From the NCBI RefSeq assembly GCF_036365525.1, contig NC_090377.1, positions 31,712,201 through 31,776,200 on the forward strand: a stretch of DNA of 64,000 bases. Direction: 5' to 3'. The notes under the pieces are model-generated. The model ran no database searches, was not told where the DNA came from, and saw nothing but the letters and a program-made list of their open reading frames with translations. Position 1 is the stretch's first letter; every line of letters begins with the position of its first letter. The position numbers and the translations under genes were made by a program. This DNA is from Heterodontus francisci. Taxonomy: Eukaryota. Shown here one piece after another: positions 35,701-47,910 of the stretch.

Positions 35701-36699
35701 TTGTGCTAATTTTTTTTAGGTGTGTTTTATTTTACCTCTCTCCCTGATGCTATTATTACTAAAATTTGTACGTTTAAAAAAAAAATCTTTCCTATGACTC
35801 TCATGTTTTAAGGTCATTTGGCCTCTGGTTAACTCACCCCTCCCTATCCCCCTCCGCATGGGCAGAATTTTTGATTTGAGAATTTGGGCTACCCACCCAC
35901 AAGTGGTAGGTAGTCTATTAGGCCAATTAAATGGTCTATTAAGGCCACTCATCAGAAGCCAACTTGAATTTTCCAGGTGGCTCGTGGGGCCCCTCTGAGG
36001 CCAAAACATGGCCAGAGGATGGAGGTGGGCTGTTGGCAGTACATTGGGTGGGGGGTTTGGGGCCAGCATTCCATCCTGGTAGGAGCCCATCCGCAACCAC
36101 CATGGCCATCGGCCACAGCTGCCACTACTGAGCGTCCAATGGAAGGGTTGCCCCTCCACCATGATGGCCTGGCAGCTGTGGCCTTTTTAAATTGTAAATT
36201 TTTTACCTTCTCTTCAGATGATGCCTCCATCGTGAGGTGCTCTCAATCTCTTTCTCTTGCATGTACCAGCTATTCGCACCTTGGATGGTGGGGCTGCCGA
36301 TATGTCATTAATGGAGGGCCTGCTTTGGCTATAAGCAAAAATCCATCCCCCATAACTCAATTTTAATGAATTGTCCACAATACACTGATTTCAGCAGCAA
36401 ACAATCCACTGGCATGGATTATGGATTGATAATTCAATGCAGGATGATCTATGTGCAGGGTTGAGCTGGTGATGGATGTGAGTACCAGGCCCAAGTAATT
36501 CATATCTAAATGGTCTAATCCTTTCTATGGAATTTCTTTAATTTGTTTATAAGAGCTCTTGCTATGTTCCTTTATGCTGACACCATTCTTCTTTCATACT
36601 CATTCAGTCTTTCTTATCACTCTTTTTCCTTCTTTTCCATAAACCTTCTCTAGCTCTGTTTCTTCTTTATTATCACCTTCATTATTTGTCCTTTTTAAA

Positions 36700-37900
36700 A
36701 ATTCATATAATGTTCATTGATGAAGTAATGGAAAGGGTTCATGAGGGTAATATGGTTGATATGTATATGAACTGTCAAAAGGCATTTGATAAAGTACCTC
36801 ATAATAGATTTGTCAGCAGAATGGAAGCCTATGGGATTATAGGGACAGTGGCATCATGGATATCAAATTGGCTAAGAGACAGGAAGCAGAGAGTCGTGAT
36901 GAACGATTGTTAATCAGTCTGAAGGAAGGTATACAGTGGTGTTGCCCAGCATTTGTTGTTAGGAACTACTGCTCTTATATTAATAACCTTAACTTGGGTA
37001 TACAGCCCATCATTTCAAAATTTGCAGATGACACAAAACTTGGAAATATAGTAAACAATAAAGAGGATAGCAATAGACTTCAGGAGGATATAGATAGTTT
37101 AGTGAAATGTGCAGATGCATAGTAGATGCAATTTAATACAGAGAATTGACATGATACATTTTGTTAGGAAGAACGGGGAGAGGTAATTTAAGCTAAATGA
37201 TATTATTTTAAAGGGAGTGCAGGAACAGAGAGACCTGGGGGTGTTGAGAAGACTATTAAAAAAAAAGCATCCGGGATCCTTGGCTTTATAAATTGAGGCA
37301 TAGAGTACAAAAGCAAGAAAGTTATACTAAACCTTTATAAAACATGGTTTGGCCACAGCTACAGTATTATGCTCAATTCTGGGCACCACACTACAGGAAT
37401 GATGTTAAGGCCTTAGAGAGGTTGCAGAAGGGATTTGTGAAAGTGGTACCAGGGGTGAGGGACTTAGTAATATGGAGAGGCAGGAAATGTTTGATGTTGT
37501 TCATAGAACAAAGAAAGTTAAGAGGAGATTTGATAGAGGTATTCAAAATCATGAAGGTTTTTGTTAGAGTAAATAAGGAGCAACTGTTTCCGATGGCAGA
37601 AGGATCAATAACCAGAGAACACAGATTAAGGTAACTGGTAAAAGAACCAAAGGGGAAATGAGGGAAATAAGTTTACACAGAGAGTTGTTAATGATCTGGA
37701 ATGCACTGCCTAAAAGACTGATGAAAGCACAACCACCTTCGAAAGGAAATTGGATAAATAATTGAAGGGGAAATATATACAGCACGTCGGGAAAGATCAG
37801 GAGTGTGAGCCTAATTGGATAGCTTTTCCAAAGATTTGGCAAGGCATGATGGCTGAATGGCCCATTTCTGTATGATATCATTCCATGAGTCAATGATTTT
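36700..37900 (+). mobile_element. CR1 LINE RT to 3' end
   Basis: Motifs QKAFDKVPH, ISKFADDTKLG and RKLRGDLIEVFK. Confidence 0.85.
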
Positions 37901-38049
37901 TGATCGAGCCTACGCATTTACGCATGGAAATCCTGTCATTTACGTTTTTCCTTTAGACTTAGTTGGAATATGTTTAACTATAGTTTGTTCATTCAATGCT
38001 TTAATATTGCTCAGTGTTCGTCCATTGTTTGTTTTTAGCTTTATAGTTT

Positions 38050-38388
38050 TAGTTTTAGAGATACAGCACTGAAACAGGCCCTTCGGCCCACCGAGTCTGT
38101 GCCGACCATCAACCAACCATTTTCCTAATCCTACACTAATTCCATATTCCTACCACATCCCCATCTGTCCCTATATTTCCCTACCACCTACCTATACTAG
38201 GGGCAATTGCTAATGGCCAATTTACCTATCAACCTGCAAGTCTTTGGCATGTGGGAGGAAACCGGAGCACCCAGAGGAAACCCACGCAGACACAGGGAGA
38301 ACTTGCAAACTCCACACAGGCAGTACCCAGAATTGAACCCGGGTTGCTGGAGCTGTGAGGCTGCGATGCTAACCACTGCGACACTGTC
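38050..38388 (-). mobile_element. HE1-type SINE
   Basis: Nearly identical to 19105-19451. It abuts the CR1 RT directly. Confidence 0.9.
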
Positions 38389-41300
38389 CCACCTATTTTA
38401 GTATCATCTGCAAATTTGGCTATTGTACCTTCTATCCCTGCATCCAAGTCATTTATATGGATTGTAAATAGTTGGGGCCCGAGGACCGAACCCTGTGGCA
38501 CCCCACTAGTTACATCTTGCCAAACAGAAAAAGACCCATTTATCCCGACTCTCCATTTTCTGTTGGTTAGCCAATCCTCTATCCAACCTAATAAATTGCC
38601 CCTAATCCCATGTGATCTTACCTTGTGTATTAACCTTTTGTGCTGCACCTTATTAAATGCCTTCTGGAAGTCCAGATAAACTATATCTACAGGATCCCCA
38701 TTATCTACTTTGCTTGTTACAGCTTCGAAGAACTCTAACAAATTAGTCAAACACGATTTACCCTTCATAAAACCATGCTGACTCTGATGGATTGCGTTTT
38801 GACTTTCTAAATGTCCTGTTATTAATTCCTTAATAATGGAATCTAACAATTTCCCTACGACAGATGTGAAACTAACTGGTCTATAGTTTCCTACTTTCTG
38901 CCTCCCTCCCTTTTTCAATAAGGGCGTTACATTAGCTTTTTTCCAATCCACTGGAACCTTTCCTGTATCCAGAGAATTTTGGAATATTATAACCAATGGA
39001 TCCACTATCTCCATTGCCTCTTCCTTTAAGACCCTAGGATGTAGGCCATCAGGTCCTGGGGACTTGTCTGCCTTCAACCCCAATAGTTTGCTCAGTTCTT
39101 TTTCCCTAGTGATGATGATTGTTCCAAGTTCCTCCCTTTCTATAACCTCTGCATTACCTGTTTCTATTGGGATGGTACTAGTGTCCTCCACCATGAAAAC
39201 TGAGGCAAAATACTGATTTAGTGTCTCTGCCATTTCTGTGTTCCCTTCTATTTACTCCCCAGTCTCATCTTCCAAAGGACCAACATTCACTTTAGCTACT
39301 CTCTTCCCTTTTATATACTTATAGAAGCTTTTGCTATCCATTTTTATATTTTGCACTAGTTTCATAATTTACATTTGCTCTTTTTATTACTTTTTAGTAA
39401 CCCTTTGTTGATCTTTAAAAGTTTCCCAATCTTCCAGCCTGCCACTGGCCTTTGCAATATGGTATGCCTTAGTTTTTGTCTTTATGTTATCCTTAACTAC
39501 CTTGCTTAGCCATGGATGTTTTGTCCTCCTCCTAGAATCTTTCTTCCTCTCTGAAATATATTTTAGTTGGGATAAACTGAATATCTCCTTAAACATCTGC
39601 CACTGCTCATCAACTGTCCTACCTTGTAGTCTTCCTCCCTAGTCCACTAGGGCCATATCTGTCCTCATGCTGATATAAATACCTTTGTTTAACTCCAGAA
39701 AGCTCGTGTGGAACTCCAGCTTCTCACCCTTAACAATACGATTATTTATTAATCCCACCTCATTACACAACACCAAATCTAGAATAGCCTACTCCATGGT
39801 TGGTTCCACAACATATTGCTCCAAAAAACAATCTCTAATACATTCAATAAACTCTCCCTTGAGGCTACCCTTGCCAATTTGACTAATCCAGCCTATTTCT
39901 TTGGCTTCCTTATCTCGAGAGACAATGGGTAAGCACCTGGAGGTGGTCAGTGGTTTGTGAAGCAGAGCCTGGAGTGGCTATAAAGGCCAATTCTAGAGTG
40001 ACAGACTCTTCCACAGGTGCTGCAGATAAAATTGGTTGTCGGGGCTGTTACACAGTTGGCTCTCCCCTTGCACTTCTGTCTTTTTTCCTGTCAACTGCTA
40101 AGTCTCTTCGACTCACCACTCTTTAGCCCCGCCTTTATGGCTGTCCGCCAGCTCTGGCAATCACTGGCAACTGACTCCCACGACTTGTGATCAATGTCAC
40201 AGGACTTCATGTCACGTTTGCAGACGTCTTTAAAGCGGAGACATGGACGGCCGGTGGGTCTGATACCAGTGAAGAGCTCAATGTACAATGTGTCCTTGGG
40301 GATCCTGCCATCTTCCATGCAGCTCACATGGCCAAGCCATCTCAAGCGCCGCTGGCTCAGTAGGGTGTATATGCTGGGGATGTTGGCTGCCTCGAGGACT
40401 TCTGCGTTGGAGATACGGTCCTGCCACCTGATGCCAAGGATTCTCCAGAGGCAGCGAAGATGGAATGAATTGAGACGTCGCTCTTGGCTGACATACGTTG
40501 TCCAGGCCTTGCTGCCGTAGAGCAAGGTACTGAGGACACAGGCTTGATACACTCGGACTTTTGTGTTCCGTGTCAGTGCGCCGTTTTCCCACACTCTCTT
40601 GACCAGTCTGGACATAGCAGCGGACGCCTTTCCCATGCGCTTGTTGATTTCTGCATCGAGAGACAGGTTACTGGTGATAGTTGAGCCTAGGTAGGTGAAC
40701 TCTTGAACCACTTCCAGAGTGTGGTCGCCGATATTGATGGATGGAGCATTTCTGACGTCCTGTCCCATGATGTTCATTTTCTTGAGGCTGATGGTTAGGC
40801 CAAATTCATTGCAGGCAGCCCCAATCCTGTCGATGAGTCTCTGCAGACACTCTTCTGTGTGGGATATTAATGCAACATCATCAACAAAGTGGAGTTCCCT
40901 GATGAGGACCTTCCGTACTTTGGTCTTCACTCTTGGACGGGCAAGGTTGAACAACCTGCCATCAGATCTTGTGTGGAGGAAAATTCCTTCTTCTGAAGAC
41001 TTGAACACATGTGAGAGCAGCTGGGAGAAGAAGATCCCAAACATTGTAGGTGTGAGAACACAGCCCTGTTTCACACTGCTCAGGATAGGAAAGGGGTCTG
41101 ATGAGGCGCCGCTATGCTGAATTGTGCCTTTCATATTCTAGTCTATATGCATATTAAAATCACCCATGATTATTACCGTACCTTTCTTACAAGCCCCCAA
41201 TATTTCCTGGTTTATACTGTGTCCCATTGCAGAACTACTGTTTGGGGACCTATAGATTACTCCCACCAGTGACTTCTTTCCCTTGCTATTTCTTATTTCT

Positions 41301-41725
41301 ACCCAGACTGATCTCCAGTGCCTATATCATTTCTCACTACCGCACTGACCTCTTCCTTCACTAACAAAGCTACACCACCTCCTTTTCCTTCCTGTCTATC
41401 CTTCCTAAATAGTGAGTACCCTTGGATTTTCAATTCCCAAACCTGGTTTCCCTCAGTAATCGACACTACGTCATATCCATTTGTCTCTATTTGCGTTGTT
41501 AACTCATTTATTTTATTCCGAATGCTTTGTACATTCAGATACAAAGCCTTTAAGTTTGTTCTATTATTAAATTTCTCTACTCTTGTATGATTCCTTGGTG
41601 CAATATGATGTTCACACATTCTGTCCCTTCCTTTTATTTTCTGGTAACAATCAGCCTCACCACTAACCTGCACTCCTACCTTCTCCTTTAACTTCCTGTT
41701 TTTCCATGCAACTGAACCCTCCCCA
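38385..41725 (-). mobile_element. CR1 LINE ORF2 (endonuclease to RT), 3'-truncated, with nested RTE
   Basis: Motifs LKALYLNVQSIRNK (EN start), [36 protein letters not shown] and KFADDTK. Confidence 0.92.
39896..41137 (-). mobile_element. 5'-truncated RTE LINE (347-aa open stretch)
   Basis: Motifs VKQGCVLTPTMF, LHFVDD and LRWLGHV. Same family as 25240-25694. Imperfect TSD tccagcctat / tctagtctat. Confidence 0.92.
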
Positions 41726-41769
41726 CGCAATATCACCCAGCTTCTCCAGTGCCTACACAGAACTGAAGT

Positions 41770-43040
41770 CCTGCATTCTGATATAATTCTGGTAAATTTT
41801 CTCCGTATCCTCTCTAAGGTCTTAACATTCTTCCTAAAATGTGGTGCTCAGAATTTGACCTAACTAGCTATTTATAGAAGTTTAGCATAATGTCTTTGCT
41901 TTTGTATTGTATACCTCTGTTTATAAAGCCAAGCATCCCATATGCTTTATTAACAGCCTTCACAACTTGTCCTGTCACCTTCAAAGATTTGTGTGCCTAC
42001 ACCCCCAGGTTTCCTGTTTCTGTACACCCTTTAAAATAGCACCATTTAATTTATATGGCCTCTCCTCATTTTTCTACCAAATTGCATCACTTCACACTTC
42101 TCTGCATTAAATTTAATCTGCCATGTTTCTAATCATTTCACCAATCTATGTGCCGCACAAGTCTGTACCATCCTCCTCACTGTTCATTACGTTTTCCAAA
42201 AAGAAAAATTTGCACTTCTGGAGCTAACAAGCACTGATAGTTCCCAGGGCTTAAGCAACATTTGCAGCTCACTCTGACGGAACCATATTCACGCACTTTA
42301 GAGGACTGACATGTAGTTCTGTTATCCGCTCAGTCTGCAGTTAGGTTGCATTACCCTGTAATAATTTTGGAGTAATTTTGACTTAAGACCACTGAGCCTA
42401 ACACAATATTTGCACGGCCATCCTTTAAAAACCTCTCTTGATTTTCATTTCCATTGACCTCAATGTTTTACATTATCCTCTTCTATCAAAATTACCCCCT
42501 TATGAAGCTCTGGTTAGGCCCCAATTGGAGCATTGCATTTAGTTCTGGTCACCAGACTGTAGGAAGGATGTGAGAGTCCTTGAGAGGCTGCAGAAGAGAT
42601 TTACCAGAATGGTTGTAGGGTTGGGGGTGTTTAGTTAGGTTGGAAACGCTAGGGTTGTTCTCCTTGGAGCAAAGGAAATTGAGGGGAAATTTGATGCAGG
42701 TGTATGAGATTATGACAGCTTAGAGAAATTAGACAAGGAAAATATGTTACCATTAACTAACAATAGAAGGACTAGGGGGCACAGATTGAAGGCTTTGAGC
42801 AAGAGGTGTGGGGGAATGTGAGGAAGAACCTTTTTACGCAGCGAGTGACAAAGATCTGTAACTTGCTGCCCACGAGGGTGCTAGAAGCAGAGACGATGAA
42901 TGATTTCAAAAGGATATTGGTTGAGCACTTAAAGCAAGTAAATGTCCAGGGCTACGGCGATCGAGCGGGGAAGTGGGACTGACTAGATTGCTCTGCAGAG
43001 AGTCAGCATGGACTCGATGGGCCGAATGAACTCTATAACT
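41770..43040. mobile_element. CR1 fragments (- at ~41770-42200, + at ~42500-43040)
   Basis: CR1 post-RT motifs (LVRPQLE, QFWSP, FTQRV) and a 3' UTR ending tgggccgaatg. Confidence 0.7.
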
Positions 43041-44299
43041 TTAGCCCTTAAGTGGATATGTGAAATTTGAGCCGCATATGAAATATGAAAATCCAAACAG
43101 AATTTTTATCTGACTGATTAATTATCAAGTCTAAAAGGGTCAACTATTAACTCTCGTACCATAATAAAGAGGCACAGGCTGGGAGCCTCACAGTGACAAC
43201 TAATCAAGGTACACTTTAAACAGGAGCTCTGAATGCAGCCTAGAAAGTAGCACACATGGCTGAAAGTTGTTGAGTGCCTGTCAGTAACACTGAATGGCTC
43301 CTGTACTGAAATAGCAGGGGGGAGGGGAATAAGGATTACGAAAAACTGTATTCCGAAATGTTGGAAACATTAATCTGCTTTAATCTGAAGTGTCATTGGT
43401 AGCAGTTTCATTGTGTTTGTAAAGGGTGAAAGCATGCAAATGCATTCAGAACTCCCAATCCAATTGTTTACAACATAATTCATCAAAGGCATTTCGCTGT
43501 CAAATCAATGGTTAGAAGTTAATAACAGAACATTAAACTGGTTGACATTTACACAAGTATCATGATCTTAATTAATGTAATTTACATATGCATTTATAAT
43601 TGAGTTACTGATAAGCAGCTGTAATGTTTAATTAAATTTCCAACAGGAAATTACGATGCAAGATTTGTTTGTCACTGTTAGTTTGTTACAATAAATCTCA
43701 GAAGTATTCTTCTGAATTAAAACGTAAAATAAATGCTTTTCATTGTTAATTTGTCTAACTTCACTCAATGTATGCCTCCTACAGTGTGTGTGTGTGTGTG
43801 CGCTGACACACAGTTTAATAGCAAGTTACTGAATTCAATGCAGTACTGCCTTCATCTGCAAAGTGATTATATAATTTAGCACTGTAACCATTCCTTTTTG
43901 ATTTTATATTGTGTCTGCTAGTATATTCGCTAATTAATTAAAATCCTATCTATTAATATCACAAATGTAGATATTTCTACTTTAATCCTGTTCATCTAGC
44001 TGCAAGAAAGTGCGCAAGGCATGAAGTTCACGTCACTAAGATTACAATTTCATTCTATCCCAGGGGTATGATCTCAGCAGATTTCAAAGCAATGAAAATG
44101 CATTTATTTCTCTAATTTATTTCATATACCCTGCTTTTAAATAAGCCCAAGATAACGAAAGATGACCGGTTGTTACTAAATGCATGTAATAGGCTTCAAA
44201 TTGACAGACCACTAGAAATAAATCAACTGAAAAAAAAAAATGCTGCAGCTGTAATTAAGTAGATCATGGTCCAATTGGGTAAAAAAAACAAGGGGAACA

Positions 44300-44971
44300 G
44301 CCACCCCGATAACATCGAGGGGGCTGCCGCTCCGTCGCCGGCAACAGCGTCCAGCACTACCGCGCAGGTACCTACGCAATTTTTAAAGGGCTTCAAGTCC
44401 TTAGCAAAAATTTAAATTTTTAAAGTTATATTTCTTCTCATTTGCTTATAAAAAATAATTAGAAGATTGTGGCCCTTTCCCAACACCCCCCCCCCCCCAC
44501 CACCCCAATGGTTTTTTTATTGCCCTATATTCAGAAAACGTATTTTATTCCCAACCTGAGTTCCCCCCCCCCCCCCCCCACAACCTTCTCACATTTGCCC
44601 ATCAATGCCTTCCCACCATCCCCAACAAAAAGTGTTTTCCCTGCTCCCCCCCCCCCCCCCCCACAACCTTGATAATTTCCTCCTTCCCCACTAGTGACTT
44701 GCCTCAGAACTCCATACAGAATTCCGAAGGCAGGTGAGGTGCAGATGGCGGCCATAAAATCGGTGTGGGATGACCGCCACGACCAGATAAGTTTCTTTGC
44801 ATTTCGTTTTAATTAATTTAAATATGTAAATGAAGGCTCTGCCACCAAGCAGTGGGAGGGGGGGGGGGGGGTGGGGGCTGCACAGATGCCTCGCCACTAT
44901 CAGTAAAATTCAGTGGGGCCTTCTCGGTGTCGTGGGTCATGGCGGGCCGCTCCACAAGTAAAATTCAGCCC
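44300..44971 (+). mobile_element. Non-autonomous Harbinger element, left end missing
   Basis: Right TIR GTAAAATTCAGCCC. The interior is homologous to 20115-20928. Confidence 0.7.
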
Positions 44972-45254
44972 CACATTTCCAAGCAGTCATGGTCCAAATA
45001 TCTTTTTGGAATTCTTCATGTGATTTTCTTGATGTGTGCTTCACAATCACACCTCTCTTATACATATGGAGCCCCATGCATGCTAATCATTCAGTTCTGG
45101 TTGACTTACTCTTACAGGTTTTCATGGAGAAGCAGTTAAAGATAAGACGTTTGCCAAGGTTGACTTCCTTGCACATCCACTAATAGTAGATGCACATATT
45201 AATATTCTTAATTTACCTTAAGTTGAGTTTCTTCAGGTCTTTTTGACATAATTT

Positions 45255-47750
45255 CACAGAATCGCAGAATTGTTACAGCACAGAAGAAGGCCATTCAGCC
45301 CATCATGTCTGCACCGACTCTCCAAATGAGCAATTCACCTAGTGCCAGTCCCCTGCCTTCTCCTTATAACCTTGCACATTCTTCCTTTACAGATAACAGT
45401 CTAATTCCCTTTTGAATGCCTCAATTGAACCTGCCTGCGCCATTCCCTCAGGCAGTGCATTCCAGACCTGAACCACCCGCTGTGTGAAAAAGTTTTTCCT
45501 CATGGCTCCATTGCTTCTGTTGGCAATTACCTTAAACCTGTACCTTCTCGCTCTTGATCCTTTCATGAGTGGGAACAGTTTCTTCCTATCTACTCTGTCC
45601 AAACCCCTTATGATTTTGAATACCTCTATCAAATCTCCTCTCAGCCTTCTTTTCTCCAAGGAAATCAGTCCCAACTTCTCCAATCTATCTTCATAACAGA
45701 AGTTCGCCATTCCTGGAACCCTTCTCATGAATCTTTTCTGTACTCTAATACCTTTACATCTTTCATAAAATGCAGTGCCCGGAATTGGATGCAATACTCC
45801 AGCAAAGGTCGAACTAGTGTCTTATACAAGTTCAACATAACCTCCTTGCTCTTGTAATCTATGCCCCTATTAATAAAGCCCAAGATGCTTTATGCTTTAT
45901 TAACTTCTCTCTCAACCTGTCCTGCCACCTTCAAAGACTTACTCACATATACACCCAGGTTACTCTGCTCCTGCACCCTCTTTACAGTTGTATTGTCTTT
46001 CCATGTTTTTCAAACCAAAATGAATCACTTCACATTTCTCCACATTGAACTTCATCTGCCGCCTGTTCGCCCATTCCACAAAATTCTCTAAGTTCTTTTG
46101 AAGTTCAAAAATATCTTCCTCACAGTTCACAATGCTTCCAAGTTTTCTATCATGCACAGATTTTTAAATTGTGCTCCGTACACTAAGGTCCTCCTTTTAC
46201 CATCTTTTTACTATTTATAAGCCTATAGAAGACTTTGAGCTTCCCTTTTATGTTAGCTGCCAGTCTCTTTTCCTATTGTTACAACCAGGTGTGAAAGGTG
46301 TCTAGGGGTCTTTTACAGCCTTCACTTGGTCTTATTGTAAATTTTAATTTTAAACACTATGTGTTTTGAGCTCCACCTTGGTGCATCCTTGTTCACCATT
46401 TTCCAACTATAAGGGAAAGAAATGAGCACAGCCAGGTTTTCTCAGGTTTAAAGAAGAAAAGTGAAATTTATTAAACCTTAAACTTAAACTCTAATTTGGT
46501 TAATGCCTATGCTAGCGCCATGCTAGCATGCATACGCAATGCCCACATGCAAATGGAGACAGAAAAGAGCAGAAGAAAAAATAAAGTAAAAATGTTTGAG
46601 GCAATCTCTGAAGAGGGGTTTTTTACTGTGCTTTGAGCTCACTGTAGTCCTTGATTAGAGGCAGTCTTGCTTTTTGTTGGGGCCCAGTATTCTTCTTATT
46701 CTTCACTGTAGGAGACTTTTCTCTCTTGAGGTTCATGTGTCTTCAATGGGTCTCCAGTTCCGTGAGAAAGAAATGGGAGCAGACAGGAGAGAGATCTTTC
46801 AAGTCCAAGAGCAAGGAGCTTTCTGAGTTTCCAACACTCAGTGACAAGTTTAAATTCAAACAGCCAGTTAGTCATGCGATTAAACTGGTCTGACCAGGTC
46901 ATCTGTGTCTTGGAGAAGCAGGGTCCTTTGGTCCTTTGTTCCAAAATGGTCTGCCAGCATGCAAAAAAAGTCTTTCTGGCAAGGGGCCTGGTAATTCCTT
47001 GTGAGAGGCCCTGCTTTCTTCCCAGCAGCAACTTTAAGTTTTAATGTTCATGTGGCAAAATAATGTGTGCCTCATTCTTGGCAGGTGGGGGCCTGCATGA
47101 CAATATTCTCCCTTTGCTTCTCTTATTTGCTTTTTCACTTCCCCTCGGAACCTTATATATTCAGCCGGTTTTATCATTGTATTGTCCATCTGACATCTGT
47201 CATAGTACATTTTTTCTTCTTCACCTTAATCACTATCTTTTTTGTCATCCAGAGAACTCTGCATATATGTGCCCTACCTTTCCCCTTCCAGGGAATATAC
47301 CTTGACTATGCCCAAACTATCTCTTCTTTGAAGGTAGTCCTTTGTTCAGCTACTGTTTTTCCTGTCAACATTTGATGCCAATTTATTCAGCCCAGATGCA
47401 TTTATACCCCATGAAGTTGGCTTTCCCCCAGTTTATTATTCTCACTCTAGATTTTTCTTTGTTCTTTTCCATAGCCAACCTAAACTTTATGATACAAGGA
47501 TCACTATCCCCTAAATGTTCTCCTACCGTTATTTGATCCACCTGGCCCACCTCATTCTCAAAAACTAGGTCCAACAATGCCTCCCCTCTTGGACTGGAAA
47601 CAAATTGCTGTAGAAAATTTTCCTGAACACACTCTAGGAACTCTTGTCCCTCTCTGCCCTACTACTACTATCCCAGTCTATATTTGGATAATTAATGTCC
47701 CCCATTATAACTACTCTATAATTCTTGCACCTCTCTGTAATTTCCTTGCA
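45255..47750 (-). mobile_element. CR1 LINE (internally deleted) split by a solo LTR
   Basis: Motifs LEKRRLRGDLIEVFK and MKFNVEKCEVIHFG. The EN end (GEHLGDSDP) lies after the LTR. Confidence 0.85.
46277..47102 (-). mobile_element. Solo LTR (family A)
   Basis: TGTTACAACC...GCATGACA termini, homologous to the other two copies. The TSD is imperfect. Confidence 0.88.
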
Positions 47751-47767
47751 AACTTGTCAGAAAATGT

Positions 47768-47774
47768 TAGCAGC

Positions 47775-47811
<37 letters not shown>

Positions 47812-47910
47812 TTAGTAAGATCAAGTCCCACTCCAGGGGCTTGAGTGAATAATCTAGGCTCCAGTGGTATACTGAGGGAGTGCTGCATTGCCAGAGATGT
47901 CATTTCAGGT
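47768..47910 (+). mobile_element. Deu-domain SINE 5' part
   Basis: tRNA-like head ggctcagtgggtagcactcttgcctctgagtcagaag..tcaagtcccactcca followed by tactgagggagtgctgca. Confidence 0.6.
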
